NCBI GenBank assembly: GCA_051294375.1
Contig: CM119264.1
Span: 10,639,832 to 10,703,831, forward strand
Length of the DNA: 64,000 nt
Direction of reading: 5' to 3'
From: Paraspadella gotoi
Lineage: Eukaryota; Animalia; Chaetognatha
The notes under the pieces were generated by a model, which was given only the letters and a program-made list of their open reading frames with translations, had not been told where the DNA came from and did no database searches. Below, piece after piece: positions 52,636 through 63,848 of this stretch. The first letter of the stretch is position 1. Each line of letters starts with the position of its first letter. Made by a program: the position numbers and the translations under genes.

Positions 52636-52819
52636 TCAAAAACCCACATCTGCGTCTCAAGTTAGATGCCACGCGTCGTTCGTGGAATATTCGAGCGATA
52701 AAATCTCTTCTCCTCTTTTTCTCTCAGTCTCGCTCTTTCTCATATCGATCCGCGCCTCACCTTCTCTTTTCTCCGATTGCACGCGACGAGCACGAACTTA
52801 CCTCTCTCTCTCTCTCTCG

Positions 52820-52877
<58 letters not shown>

Positions 52878-52927
52878 GTGCTCTCCAGACCGCGCCCACT
52901 TTTTTTTACGAAAAAACGATCTCGCCG

Positions 52928-52930
52928 ATG
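52928..52930 (+). CDS. PTBP: Candidate ATG-only first coding exon of PTB
   Basis: gccgATG|GTGAGT consensus donor, phase 0; first downstream AG is CCCCAG at 53208, in frame with the PTB ORF. Confidence 0.5.
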
Positions 52931-53067
52931 GTGAGTTGTTGGTCGCCACCCTCTCTTCTCTTCTCTGACGTCATCGCCTCCTCCTCCTCCTTTTCCTCTT
53001 CCTCTTTCTCCTCCCTCCCACTTGCCTCGCCTTCCTCTCCCAAACGGCGCCGTCATCGCGTCTCCCG

Positions 53068-55422
53068 ATGTTTCGCGGGGAATCGACGCTTCAACTCCCT
53101 CTCGGCGTCGCATCGGGCGCGCCGCTTTCCACCGCGCCCAACGCCGGTCCCTTTATAACGCCCCACGCCTCCTCTCCGGTTCCGCCGCCGCCGCCGCCGG
53201 CGCCCCAGTCGATCTCCCAAGTCGCGGTCGCCGGGGCCACGCCCCTGTACGCTCCTCTCCCTGGCCCGCCGCCGCCTCCGCTCCACGCTATTCAGTTCTT
53301 ACCGCCCGCGGGCGTGCCTCTCCCGGGTCCCGTGTTCTACCCTCTGGGGGCGTTGGAGCCTCTGGAGTTGGAAGGGGGCGACGTGACTCTATTGTCTCGC
53401 CCCGGGTCGAACGCGATGCTCTCGACCAACGGTTCGTGCCTTTCACCCTCGCCGGCCAATTCTTACTTCGGCCCATCGCCTCTGCATCCGCAGCACTACT
53501 CTCCGTCGCAACAGCAGCATCCCTCGCAGCACCACTCGCCCCATTCTCAGGACAGCATGGCGCTAAACGGCGGATCGAAAAAGTTCAAACTGGACAAGAT
53601 CATGCCGCATCTGGCGCCGCCGTCGCGGGTGGTGCACATCCGCAACATCCCCAGCCACATCCCGGAAAGCGACGTCGTCCAGCTGGGCCTGCCATTCGGC
53701 AAGGTCTCCAACATTCTGCTGTTGAAGAGTAAGAATCAGGCCTTTCTCGAGTTCTGCGACCAAGGAGCCGCCATCAACATGGTCCAGTACTACAACATCA
53801 ACGCCCTGCCCATCCTCGGCGGCCGCCAGGTCTTTATCCAGTTCTCACAGTACAAAGAGCTGAAGACGGACCTCTCTCCGCAACCGGTCGTCAATGGCGA
53901 GGAGAAGGCGGCGTCCGAGGCTGGCAGCGGTGGCGCCGAAGCCTCGGTCCCGGTCGGCGAAGGCGGCGGAGATCGGAAATCGGCGCCGCCGGCGCCGCAC
54001 GAGGGCCACCACGCCAGCCCGGTGCTGCGCGTCATCGTGGAACACATGATCTACCCCATCACCCTCGACACTCTGACTCACATCTTCAAAAAGTTCGGCA
54101 CCATCCTCAAGCTGATCACCTTTACCAAAAACAACACATTCCAAGCGCTCGTCCAGTTCGACACGCAGAAAAACGCCGACGCCGCGCGCGTGGCGCTCAA
54201 CGGGCAGAACGTCTACACGGGCTGCTGTTCACTGAAGATCGACTATTCTAAACTGACGAGTCTCAACGTCAAATACAACAACGAGAAGAGTCGCGACTTC
54301 ACCAACCCCACCCTGCCTTCGGGAGAACCGGGCGATCCGCCTTTCTCCCTCCTCAATCCGGCGGCGGCCGCCATGTCGGCCGCCGGAATGTTGGCGCCGT
54401 CGCCCTTCGCTGCAGCGGCGGCGGCGGCGGCAGCGGCGGCCAACTTTCCTCTCAACGGCGGAGGCGGCGGCGGAGGCGGTGGCGGCGGAATCCCGCACTC
54501 GGCGGCATCTCCGCTGCCTTGCGTCGGTGCCCCGCTGGGTCCGCCCATGACGCCGATGACGCCGCTGCCGGGATTTCCGCCCACCGTCGCCTTTCCGCCG
54601 GCGCCGGGATTGCCGGACATTTTGTTTTCGTCGGCGGCGGCGCACTCGATAAACGTTTCCGCCGCTCCTCCGACGGTGACGACAACGCAGATTCTCTCGC
54701 CAGGGGGGCCGCTGGGCGCGCCTCTGAGCATGGGTCTGCCGGCGCTGCCGGCGCTGGCATCGCCGGCGCAGGTGGCGGCGCTGACGGACCTGCGCGCCCT
54801 GACGGCCTCGGGCGCCCTGCCCGTCCTGGCCGCTGGGCCAGTCTTGCTCGTCTCGAATCTCAACGAGGCCATCGTCTCCCCGGAAAACCTCTTCGTCCTC
54901 TTTGGCGTCTACGGAGACGTCGTCAGAGTCAAGGTCTTGTTCAACAAGAAAGACAACGCGCTCATCCAAATGTCCGATCAGCAACAGGCCACTATCGCCA
55001 TGCTGCACCTGGACAAACTCAAGCTCTGGGGCAAGCAGATCCGCGTCACCTCCTCCAAGCACGCCCAGGTGCAGATGCCCAAGGAGGGCCAGCCCGACGC
55101 CGGGCTCACCAAGGATTTTTCCAACTCCACCCTCCACCGGTTCAAGAAGCCGGGCAGCAAGAACTACAGCAACATCTTCCCGCCCTCGTCGACGTTGCAC
55201 CTGTCCAACATCCCGCCCTCCGCGACGGAGGAGCAGATCACCAAACCCTTCGAGGAGATCGGCACCGTTAAGGCCTTCAAGTTCTTTCCCAAGGACCACA
55301 AGATGGCCCTATTGCAGATGGAGACGATGGAAGAGGCCGTCGAGTCCCTCATCAAGATGCACAACTATCAGTTGGCGGAAAATAGTCATCTCAGGGTCTC
55401 CTTCTCCAAGTCCACGATATGA
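53068..55422 (+). CDS. PTBP: Polypyrimidine tract-binding protein (PTB/hnRNP I, hephaestus ortholog); four RRMs in one uninterrupted ORF; true N-terminus uncertain
   Basis: SKKFK; RRM1 PSRVVHIRNIP..GLPFGKVSNILLLKSKNQAFLE; RRM2 SPVLRVIVEHMIYPITLD..ITFTKNNTFQALVQ..GCCSLKIDYSKLTSLNVKYNNEKSRDFT; RRM3 VLLVSNLN..LFVLFGVYGDVVRVKVLFNKKDNALIQM; HRFKKPGSKNYSNIFPPSSTLHLSNIP; C-terminal HLRVSFSKSTI. All are diagnostic PTB strings; strong GC3 bias. Confidence 0.98.
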   Translation: MFRGESTLQLPLGVASGAPLSTAPNAGPFITPHASSPVPPPPPPAPQSISQVAVAGATPLYAPLPGPPPPPLHAIQFLPPAGVPLPGPVFYPLGALEPLELEGGDVTLLSRPGSNAMLSTNGSCLSPSPANSYFGPSPLHPQHYSPSQQQHPSQHHSPHSQDSMALNGGSKKFKLDKIMPHLAPPSRVVHIRNIPSHIPESDVVQLGLPFGKVSNILLLKSKNQAFLEFCDQGAAINMVQYYNINALPILGGRQVFIQFSQYKELKTDLSPQPVVNGEEKAASEAGSGGAEASVPVGEGGGDRKSAPPAPHEGHHASPVLRVIVEHMIYPITLDTLTHIFKKFGTILKLITFTKNNTFQALVQFDTQKNADAARVALNGQNVYTGCCSLKIDYSKLTSLNVKYNNEKSRDFTNPTLPSGEPGDPPFSLLNPAAAAMSAAGMLAPSPFAAAAAAAAAAANFPLNGGGGGGGGGGGIPHSAASPLPCVGAPLGPPMTPMTPLPGFPPTVAFPPAPGLPDILFSSAAAHSINVSAAPPTVTTTQILSPGGPLGAPLSMGLPALPALASPAQVAALTDLRALTASGALPVLAAGPVLLVSNLNEAIVSPENLFVLFGVYGDVVRVKVLFNKKDNALIQMSDQQQATIAMLHLDKLKLWGKQIRVTSSKHAQVQMPKEGQPDAGLTKDFSNSTLHRFKKPGSKNYSNIFPPSSTLHLSNIPPSATEEQITKPFEEIGTVKAFKFFPKDHKMALLQMETMEEAVESLIKMHNYQLAENSHLRVSFSKSTI

Positions 55423-57935
55423 CGATGACGGCGTATGTTTAAGCAAAAAACGCGAGATACCGAGTTTCTTCGTTAGATCTATATATTTATATTAAACGTT
55501 CTATGAGTTGGGTGTCTTTGTTAGTTTTTAGTTTTCCTTTTTTTTTAATTTTTTTTTTTTTTTTGTTTTTGTTTTTAAGTAAATTTGGTTATCTTCACTT
55601 TTTGGCATTTTGGGAATCCGACGCGATGGTTTTTTTTTTTTTTTTTTTTTTAACGGTTTAGGTAGTGTTTCGAAAAATTAAAGATATATTTGCCAAATAT
55701 TAGCATATCGTTTATAATTATATTCGGCGTTTTTTGTCTTTCGCGGATTGGAAATATGTTTATGAGATTCATCGCCGCTTCGTTAGCCTATAAAGCGTTA
55801 TTTTGACGTTATTTCGTTACATAAAAGATTATTATTATTGTAACTATCAACTTAAAAGAGTTAAAGCATGTCAAAATTTATAATTATATGATTTTTTTAT
55901 TTTGATTATTAATTTTCACGATATCAGTTCGTTTTGAACCTTGTTTATTAGATTTTTCGTTTTAAACGAGCACTAAGAAATCAAAAGCTAATGATGCAAT
56001 ATACAAAGTGTACATGTTAAATTAACTAAAGCCTTTTTGCTATAGAGCGGTTTGCTGCTAATCGATGATATATCATATGTGATAACGTGATCTTGACAGA
56101 CTTGAGTCAACTTCTAGTCCCTTCGGCGAAATTCCTCTGAGAATTCGGAGCGAGAAACGAGAAAAAATCCTCGTTTTTTAGCCGAAACTCGAAATTTCGT
56201 TTTTATATCCACAATAACTTTTTTTTGTGCAGATGATTCAATCGCTAACCCGGTCTTACATTTATCAGTTCGTGAAGCATATCATGTTATTCGTTAGTAT
56301 TCTTAGCAAATCTAATCGCGGTTAGTTTAAAAAAAAAATTACTTTGTACGTGTTTCGTTGAAAACTCACTCTCCGTGCCCAAAAAAAATCGCACGTAACT
56401 CGTAATTCGTTAATCTCACACGAACACACACCAACGCGATGTAATTGTCCGCATTTACTCTCCGTTGTTCACGCCATGATGTCGTTGGACCAGTTTTCTT
56501 TTTCTTTTTTTTTTCCTAATTGCAGCAAAGTTTTCTCTTTAAATCGTCATCCCGGAAAAATGTTTTTTTTTTTGGCAAGGAGCAAAGAAAATATTAGAAT
56601 TTATGCGACGACAATCCCGAGATTCGTACGATTCTTTTTTTTTTTTTAAGAAAAAAAATTTTACCCGCAATAACGTAATTACAAAGCGCTCTCCCTTTCC
56701 CCATATAATTATGTGCAATGCCATGCTCTCTTTTTATTTATTTGATGACGTTATTGTTGATGTATATCGTTGCAATTCGGTTATCGTGCGATAAACGAAA
56801 CTTTTTTTTTTCTGGATACAATTTTGTTGTCGAAATTTGTTTTCTTAAAAATGCATGCCGTGATTACGTGGCCGGATTCTCGATCACGAGACGTGAATTA
56901 TTCATAGTTCCTTTTATTTTGTTTATATTACATTTATATCGTTCAAGTCGAAGACATTCCAGCCTCTGGATCTCTCTTGGTCGGGAACGGCTTAAAGATT
57001 AAAAAAAAAAGTACGCTCCAATCAGGCTAAATCGCTTTTCGTGTAGAAACGTGATTCGTAACGTTATTAAAAAAAAATCAATATAATATAAATTTATATC
57101 ATGAACTCGCCGACAGATTTATTTTTTCGCAATGTCTGATTTCGTTCGTGTACGAACTCGTGAGCCTCTAAAGACGCGTGGAACTAATTTCTTGTTGAAC
57201 ACAGACCTTGGACATTTTCCTCTAATTACGGGAAAGAATAGAGGACATCATGACGCATCAGTTTTTCTCATGTCATCCAAGCGATTACAATAAATTCTGA
57301 TGGACAAACAAACGCGGGTGCGGCGAATTATATATTTATTTACTCGATAATTAATCGTATCGTTATCATAAGTAATGATAATGGCGTTCTTCGATTTGGT
57401 CAAAGATTTCATGTCGTGCCAATCGCCGTTAGCAAGATCGGAATCTGAATCTTATGCGCGTATTTGTAATTATGTCAAGGAGAGGTGGAGGGCAATAATT
57501 AGATGCGGTAATGAAGACCGTTAGATTATTAGAATGTTTAGACGGTCACGTTGCATTTTTAGCATATTAGTTATTACGAACCTCTATTAGTCATGAATTT
57601 GGAGAATATTCGATCACAAAACCATATTCGTCTTTGTTTGTTGTATTTGTGAAAGGATATGAATTAATGTTAACTTGTACCGCAAAGAATAATCTGATTT
57701 TCCTTTTGCAAATGCATATATTTTACACAATGATACCAAAATTAATTATTGAACTGTGTTTACGTTGTTGCTTTGTATTTTTGATCATAGTAATATTAAA
57801 AAAAAATAAATCATTGGTTCCAAAAGGTTTTCATTTCATCGATTCCGCTGAGGCGAAATCGCACAAATTAGATGTTCTATCTAGGAATAAAGTATATCAC
57901 ATAACTGTTGAAAAGTTCATTTGTTCAATAAAAAT
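55423..57935 (+). other. Probable long U-rich 3' UTR of PTB; end uncertain
   Basis: Poly-T tracts at 55535-55576 and 55629-55651, almost no (GA/CT)n tracts, ATTAAA at 55491 and AATAAA at about 57289, 57806, 57886, 57927. Confidence 0.45.
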
Positions 57936-59358
57936 ATACAAAACATGGGTAAAACATTCTTAAATTTGATGTGCCCCCTTCGGCATCAACTACTGCCTGC
58001 ATTTGTCTGGGCATGCTCTCGTACAGGTATGATGGTAAAATGTTTTCCACACCTTAAATGCAATTCTTTTCAATCCCGATATTGATATTGCGCGTCTTTT
58101 CTTTTTTTCTGAGAGCTGTAATGGTACTTTTTTGAACCAAAAAAAGGTGCAATGCCTTTAGCATTGCCAAAAAAATATATATAAAAGAATAACTAACTCT
58201 ATTCGAAATAAAAACAAATAACTAAATTAAAAAAAATGGTGGAAAATTAAATATGATTTTTTTCCCGTTATTTTTCATTTGAAATAGCGATTTTTTTTGC
58301 CTGTAACTTCTAAACGATTTGACCTACAAAATAATGAAAGGAAGCTATTAAAAATAAATTTAAATTTAAATTCGGAAACATTCTGATTTTTTTGAAATCA
58401 AACTAGTTTTCGAGTAGATATCCTCTACTAAAAATGTGATATACTTTTTTCCTAGATGGTAAAGTAATTGTTTTTAGGTAACGCATAGAAATTTATATTC
58501 ATCAAAGCGTTGACCTTAATACAAATAAATATATATAATTATAAAAAAGGAAATGAAAAAAGAATCGAAAGGAAACTCGATACTTTTTCTTTTTTATGAG
58601 TCGTTAACACGATAATCGGCTAACAAAAACAAAACTATCCGGAAGGCAATGGGAAGAGGGGGTGGAGTGGGCGAAAGGGGCAAAGGTCAAGAGACTCAAA
58701 ACATTTTCAACACGAAATCGATAAAAAAAAAATGAAGAAAACAAAATTGTCGCCTCCTATACGCCATCGGTTTGGTATTCCTTCGGGACATAACGCTAAA
58801 CGGCTATTTTTAGCTCGAGTAATAATTATCGTGTATCGTGTTTAGAATTCAGTGTTTTACTTTTATCATTGAAAAAAGAAAAAAAGATCTCATACAACGA
58901 CGCATCGTACGATACGAGGATTTCTGTTCGATTCTCTCAGCGGCTTCGGTCATATATTTTCATTAAATTCCCTTTTACGAGAAAAGAGAAGAGAAAAAAA
59001 AAAGAGAAGAGAAGAGAAGAGAAGAGAAAAAGAGAAGAGAATATAAGAGAAGAGAAGAGAATTTAAGTAAAAATAAAAGACAAAAGAAAAATATATTATT
59101 AAAAATTTAAAAGGAAAAGACAGTAAGTGAAGAAATGATAGAAGAGAAAAGAAGGGCAGGAAATATGAAAGGAAGAGAAAGGAAAGATGATGCGAGCGAA
59201 GACATTAGATTTGTAATAGATACTTGTCTTTTTCAGAATCAGACTCGAAAAAAATAAAAGAGCAGCCATCCCGCGCGTTGTAGCGTCAACCCTTAGTCTC
59301 TCACTTCCACTCCATTTGTTTGCGTTTCTTCTCTCAAGATTTTATCGCACAACAGCTT

Positions 59359-59402
<44 letters not shown>

Positions 59403-59989
59403 AATGCCAGCTGCGGAGACGGCGGCAGCTGATGACCCCGGCAGTAATGGTCGCCGTCCTCATCGTCCTCATCGTCGTCGTCGTCGTCGTCGTCGTCTTG
59501 GGCAGACGGTGTGGGTTTTCGCTAATCGAACTCTGATTAGTTCTAACGATCGCGAGGAATGAGGGGCGATCGAGAGCGAGGGCTTAAGAGGGGATCTCAT
59601 GAATGGCGGGCGGTCATGGGCGCCGGCCTCTTGGGGAAGCAGAGGTAAGGACGAAACATTCAGGGCGATTCAATAATCAATAGGAAGAATTATATTGGGT
59701 AAATTGAAGGATTTTGCTAGTTATTTTTATTGGAGGTTCCACTGGTGGGTTTGTATTTAAAATTTAATGATCTTTTAATAAGATTTAAAAAAATATGTAG
59801 GTTTGAGAAACGTTTTTGTTTCAATTTCTTTTTTTTTCTTCTGACAGAAGTTCTGTGTTTATTTTCATTTTGGCGGCTTTGGCGGCTTTAGTCTAGTTTC
59901 GAGTCTTAATTTCATTTCTTTTTTACAAATAAAAACTTTCGCAATTATTTTTTTCTTCCTTTATAATTCTTTATTATTTATTTTCTTCT

Positions 59990-59993
59990 TTTT

Positions 59994-60053
<60 letters not shown>

Positions 60054-60150
60054 TTTTTCTTTCTTTCTTTCTTTCTTTCTTCTTTCATTCATTCATTCAT
60101 TCATTCATTCATTCATTCATTCATTCATTCATTCATTCATTCATTCTTTC
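59990..60150. repeat. Compound (TTTC)n-(TTCA)n microsatellite
   Basis: Seen directly. Confidence 0.95.
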
Positions 60151-60379
60151 TTTCTCTCCTTTCTTTTTGTTTTAATTGATTTTAATTTTTTAAATTTCAT
60201 GTCGAGTCAATTATTTTCAAGTAGCTGACGACGAATGTTCCTCTGATTTTAGTGTGGTAAACATATGCACAAGATGTCGCTGCCGCCTAGGCGTTTGAGT
60301 AAAACAAAAAAGCATCATAAAATTGTGGAAAAAAAACTTTGGTTGTACCAATTTGATAAATCAAATGAACATTTTTTTA

Positions 60380-61114
60380 TCATCGACGACAATAATCTTT
60401 AAACAAGAAATGTTTGGTTAGTAAACTGGACGAAGTCAACCGCTTATGGCGGACGTTAATCTTCACTGTTCGACCATTTTGAAGAAAAAAAGCAACGACA
60501 TTGCGACTCCATTGGAACGCGGCTTTTACATAAACCCCACTCAGCGCTCTCTTGAAAGACTCCACGATGGCTTCGTCCTCGTCGTCGTCGTCGTCGTCAT
60601 CATCATCATCATCATCCGGTTCAAACTCCAATCCATTCCACCAATTTCCTTCTGCAAGAAAAACTACGAGGAATCGGCGCCGATTCTTCAGAGTGAAGGC
60701 GGCGTCGAGAATACTAGACGATGATGACGACGACGACGACGACGACGTGTTCCTTATTCGCATCATCCATTCATCATCGATTCTTTTAGGTCCACCCTCC
60801 ATTCTCCATTCGACAATCCCGTCCGCGCCCATCGTCGCCCGGTATTTGAACAGAGCCTCTCCGGCGAAGAGGTGAAGCATCATGCCGATTCCGAGGGCCG
60901 CATCGACGCCGGATCCGTGGCCGACGTCTCTTCGGACAAACCCCTCGAACTCCTCGTCGATTCGCCGGGGAAATCCGTGGACGAGAGACCTGGAGGCGTG
61001 GTCGAGTCTGTACACGAAGTCTCCGCGAAATATCCAGAGGCCGAAATCTGGACTGTCGACGGCCGCGTCGACGATCCCGTCGCAAATCAACTTCGGCGTA
61101 GAATTCGATGGCAT
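60380..61114 (-). CDS. Terminal exon: hemopexin-like beta-propeller domain of a single-pass membrane protein
   Basis: Acceptor TTTTTCCAG| phase 0. CDGIVDAA..LWIFRGDFVYRL..GFPRRIDEEFEG; VDAALG..LHLFAGEALFKY..GGPKRIDDEW; LDAAF; VKAAFQW; closing YC. Four DAA-type blades bracketed by two Cys. Confidence 0.85.
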   Translation of the reverse strand: MPSNSTPKLICDGIVDAAVDSPDFGLWIFRGDFVYRLDHASRSLVHGFPRRIDEEFEGFVRRDVGHGSGVDAALGIGMMLHLFAGEALFKYRATMGADGIVEWRMEGGPKRIDDEWMMRIRNTSSSSSSSSSSSILDAAFTLKNRRRFLVVFLAEGNWWNGLEFEPDDDDDDDDDDDDEDEAIVESFKRALSGVYVKAAFQWSRNVVAFFLQNGRTVKINVRHKRLTSSSLLTKHFLFKDYCRR

Positions 61115-61193
61115 CTGGAAAAAAAATTAAATCGGAAAGTAAAATTTAGAATCATAAATTCTTGATTTTTAATTTTAGAGAACAGGATCTCAC

Positions 61194-62622
61194 TGTTTCG
61201 TCCAGTTCCGGTAAGTGACTTTCGTCGAAATTCTTCAATTGAATGTCTTTTTCTGTCTGGTCACCGCTCTCATTGTCTTTGCGCTCCGAATCTCGAATCG
61301 ACTTTTCTCCATTGGAAAGGAAATGCTCCGCTTCTGCATGGATTGTTGGTTTCGCTTCCGCGGATTCTTTATAATCTTTCTTAGCGAATCCGATTGGTGG
61401 CGCTATAGTTTCATCAGTAGAAACAATTGAGTCTTCGATGACTTCAGTCGGTTCATAATGAGATACAGTTGATTGAGAAGTCGTTGAAGATATTTTCATA
61501 TTTTCATCATAAGTGGATTCAAAAGTTTCCTCTTCGGAATTCGGAAGCGTCGAGGCCATCGCCATCTCGGAAAGTTCGTCCGAAATCTCGGGCAAAAATG
61601 ATGAATTTTCGTTTTGTGGAATGAAACTTATACCCGCTTTTGCTACCGGAGTGGAAAGGGAATGAAGAGAACGATCGTTATCTTTAGCCGACTGCTCTTT
61701 TGTTTCCTCTTCATCCTCTACAGAAACAGAATCTGTCTTTTCCGCAGCAAACGATTTAGTTTCAGCAATTCGGAAAACTGTCTCTCTCTCATGTTCACTC
61801 GAGTCCTGTTGACTTTCGAATCGTGAATTGGATTGGTTGAAGTCAATTATCTCAGGCGCGTTTCCAACCTTCCCCTTCTCTTCAACGCGAGAGGCGACGA
61901 ACTCGGCGTCGAGCTTGGCCGGCACCCCATTGTCTTCTTCTTCCTCCTTTTCGCTCTTCCCCTCTTCTTCTTCCTCTTCCTCCTCCTCCAACGTCTCTTC
62001 TTCGTTATTTTCCCACTCCTTCTCCCCCTCCTCCCCCTCCTCCTTCCGCCACACATCTCTTATATCGAAACTGACCCTCTCCCCTCTCCCCGACGCCCTA
62101 AGATACCAGGCGCCAAACCCCAGCGCCATCAAAATCAACACCACCGCCAGCGGCGTCAAGCAGTAGATGCCGCGGCGTATTTGGCGCCACGCGGCTCTCA
62201 TTCCGGATGGTGTGGTTGGCGTTGTCGGCGTCCACTCCGTCGCCGTCGTCGACAGAGTTGTAACGGCGCGACGCCGACGACGTCTCCGGGACGGGGACGC
62301 TTCTCTGTTGTCGTTGTCGTTATTCGTTGGCCGGAATCTCGTAGATGGAATCCTTGACTCATCGCGATCATCGTCGCGCGCCTGATTAGAACCATCTCCA
62401 CCGACGCCGCCGACGCCGCCCGCTGGCGTCTTTAGTCTCAACTGGCGAACTCTGGACAAGGAGCGAGAGATTCGCCTAAAGAGGGCGTTGAAGGAAGAGT
62501 CGGCGGAGGAGGCGCTTTGGTCGGGACGCCAAACGTGATCGTTGTCGTCGTCGTCGAAGACGTTGCCTTCTTCCTCTTCATTTGGCGCCAAAGCGAAAAA
62601 ATGGCCGAAAAAAGATTCGACG
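61194..62622 (-). CDS. Large exon: Arg-rich segment, transmembrane helix (IYCLTPLAVVLILMALGFGAWYL) and acidic Ser/Thr-rich stalk
   Basis: Acceptor ATTCAG|C (phase 2), donor ACA|GTGAGA (phase 0), 79-bp intron 61193-61115 joins in frame to the hemopexin exon; 1429 nt open. Confidence 0.85.
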
Positions 62623-62833
62623 CTGAATTTAAATGAAGTAAAAGGGGACAGAATTTTAAAAGAAATCAACCAATCAATTAATAACAAGGAACCATGTCGC
62701 AACTTTAAAATTCTTTTTCACACATTTCGTTCTGCCTTTTTAAACTCTTATAACTTACTTACATAACTACATCCGCCCAAAGATTTATCCACTCCGTAGG
62801 AAATTACAATAATACTTTTCATTTTATGTTCAC

Positions 62834-63152
62834 CTTGAGCCTTCAACGGGTTCGTCGCTCTCCGTCAAATCCTTTGCCCACTCCACTTCGCGAGTGAACA
62901 CTTCGGGCGTTTGACAATCGCCATCGACGACGATTTGGACGTCGCCGACAGCGCCGTCGCCGCCCACGGCCTTTTCATCGGAATCATCTTCGCGGTCGAC
63001 AGCGTCCTCTGGGTCGTCGTTGAACATCGTCGTCTCCGCGACCGACTGGAACAGCACAGAGTCCACGGGTGGACCGGAGATTGCGGAGGCGAACGAAGGC
63101 GAAGGTCCGATAATCGTCTCGAGGATTGCACGCCGGGTTTTTCGAACGGAAC
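62834..63152 (-). CDS. Internal acidic exon of the same gene
   Basis: Acceptor TCTTAG| (phase 1), donor AAG|GTGAAC (phase 2) matching the next acceptor; SVRKTRRAILETIIG..DEPVEGS. Confidence 0.75.
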
Positions 63153-63413
63153 CTAAGATTATTAGAGAAAAAAAATGATTTAAGCAATCAATCAATTATT
63201 TTTCTTATAAACGAGACTGAGAGAGAGTCTTGATTGAAAGCTTGCAGGGACCTGCTTTGTCCTTATCTTGTAAGAGTGATGGAGGCCTTATACAACCAAA
63301 GACAAAGTCCAAAATCCGAAGTCAGGGGCAAGATAGCTTATTTATTAAATGAATGAATAATTTTTATAATGGTTGTACCAATTTTATATAATACCCAACT
63401 CCTATAGAATCAC

Positions 63414-63555
63414 CGCGAACGAGAGTGTAGCTCCTTTGGAACTTGAGCTCCAATTGACTTTCGTCGGATTGGATGGGCGTCGAGTCGACGATCGCCTCCA
63501 ACTGATCGACGTCGAGAACTCCGTCGAAACCTCGGTCCCCCGATTCCACCTCGTA
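63414..63555 (-). CDS. Internal exon of the same gene
   Basis: Acceptor AAACAG| (phase 0, poor pyrimidine tract), donor CG|GTGATT (phase 1); YEVESGDRGFDGVLDVDQLEAIVDSTPIQSDESQLELKFQRSYTLVR. Confidence 0.6.
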
Positions 63556-63628
63556 CTGTTTCGTGTTCATTATGTTTTTTTATGCTTTAAATATTATTAC
63601 TTTATTTAAAATATTTATAATTCCCCAC

Positions 63629-63848
63629 CTGGCGACTCCGGAGTTCCTCCATCTTCCCATCATCTCCGGTCGGTTGTCCTTTTTCTTCCATTTCGATTCC
63701 TTCGAGAATCTCCAGTGCGTCGTCGAGATTGTCCGCGTCGTCGTCGTCGTCTTCTTCTTCGTAGTCTTCGTCTTGACCGGAACTCCAATCGGTCTGACTC
63801 CCCACCGACTCCATCAGCGACGAATGAGGCAGCTCCTCCAATAGATCT
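63629..63848 (-). CDS. Most upstream visible exon of the same gene (start codon not seen)
   Basis: Acceptor CTCCAG| (phase 2), donor CAG|GTGGGG (phase 0); Asp/Glu-rich DLLEELPHSSLMESVGSQTDWSSGQDEDYEEEDDDD. Confidence 0.7.

Noticed and set aside
52796-52806. Perfect minus-strand donor GAG|GTAAGT suggesting a divergent transcript (other isolated donors at 2674, 39265, 41525)
   Set aside because: Isolated donor hexamers are expected many times by chance in AT-rich DNA of this length; no supporting exon chain.
54229-55495. Long antisense and alternative-frame ORFs over PTB (356, 250, 209, 197 aa)
   Set aside because: Shadow ORFs from high GC3 codon bias in the PTB CDS.
57814-58176. Helentron/HINE-like element (12-bp inverted match plus GCAATGC/GCATTGC hairpin)
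   Set aside because: Matches are short and AT-rich, and the termini do not fit the expected layout; not supportable from one copy.
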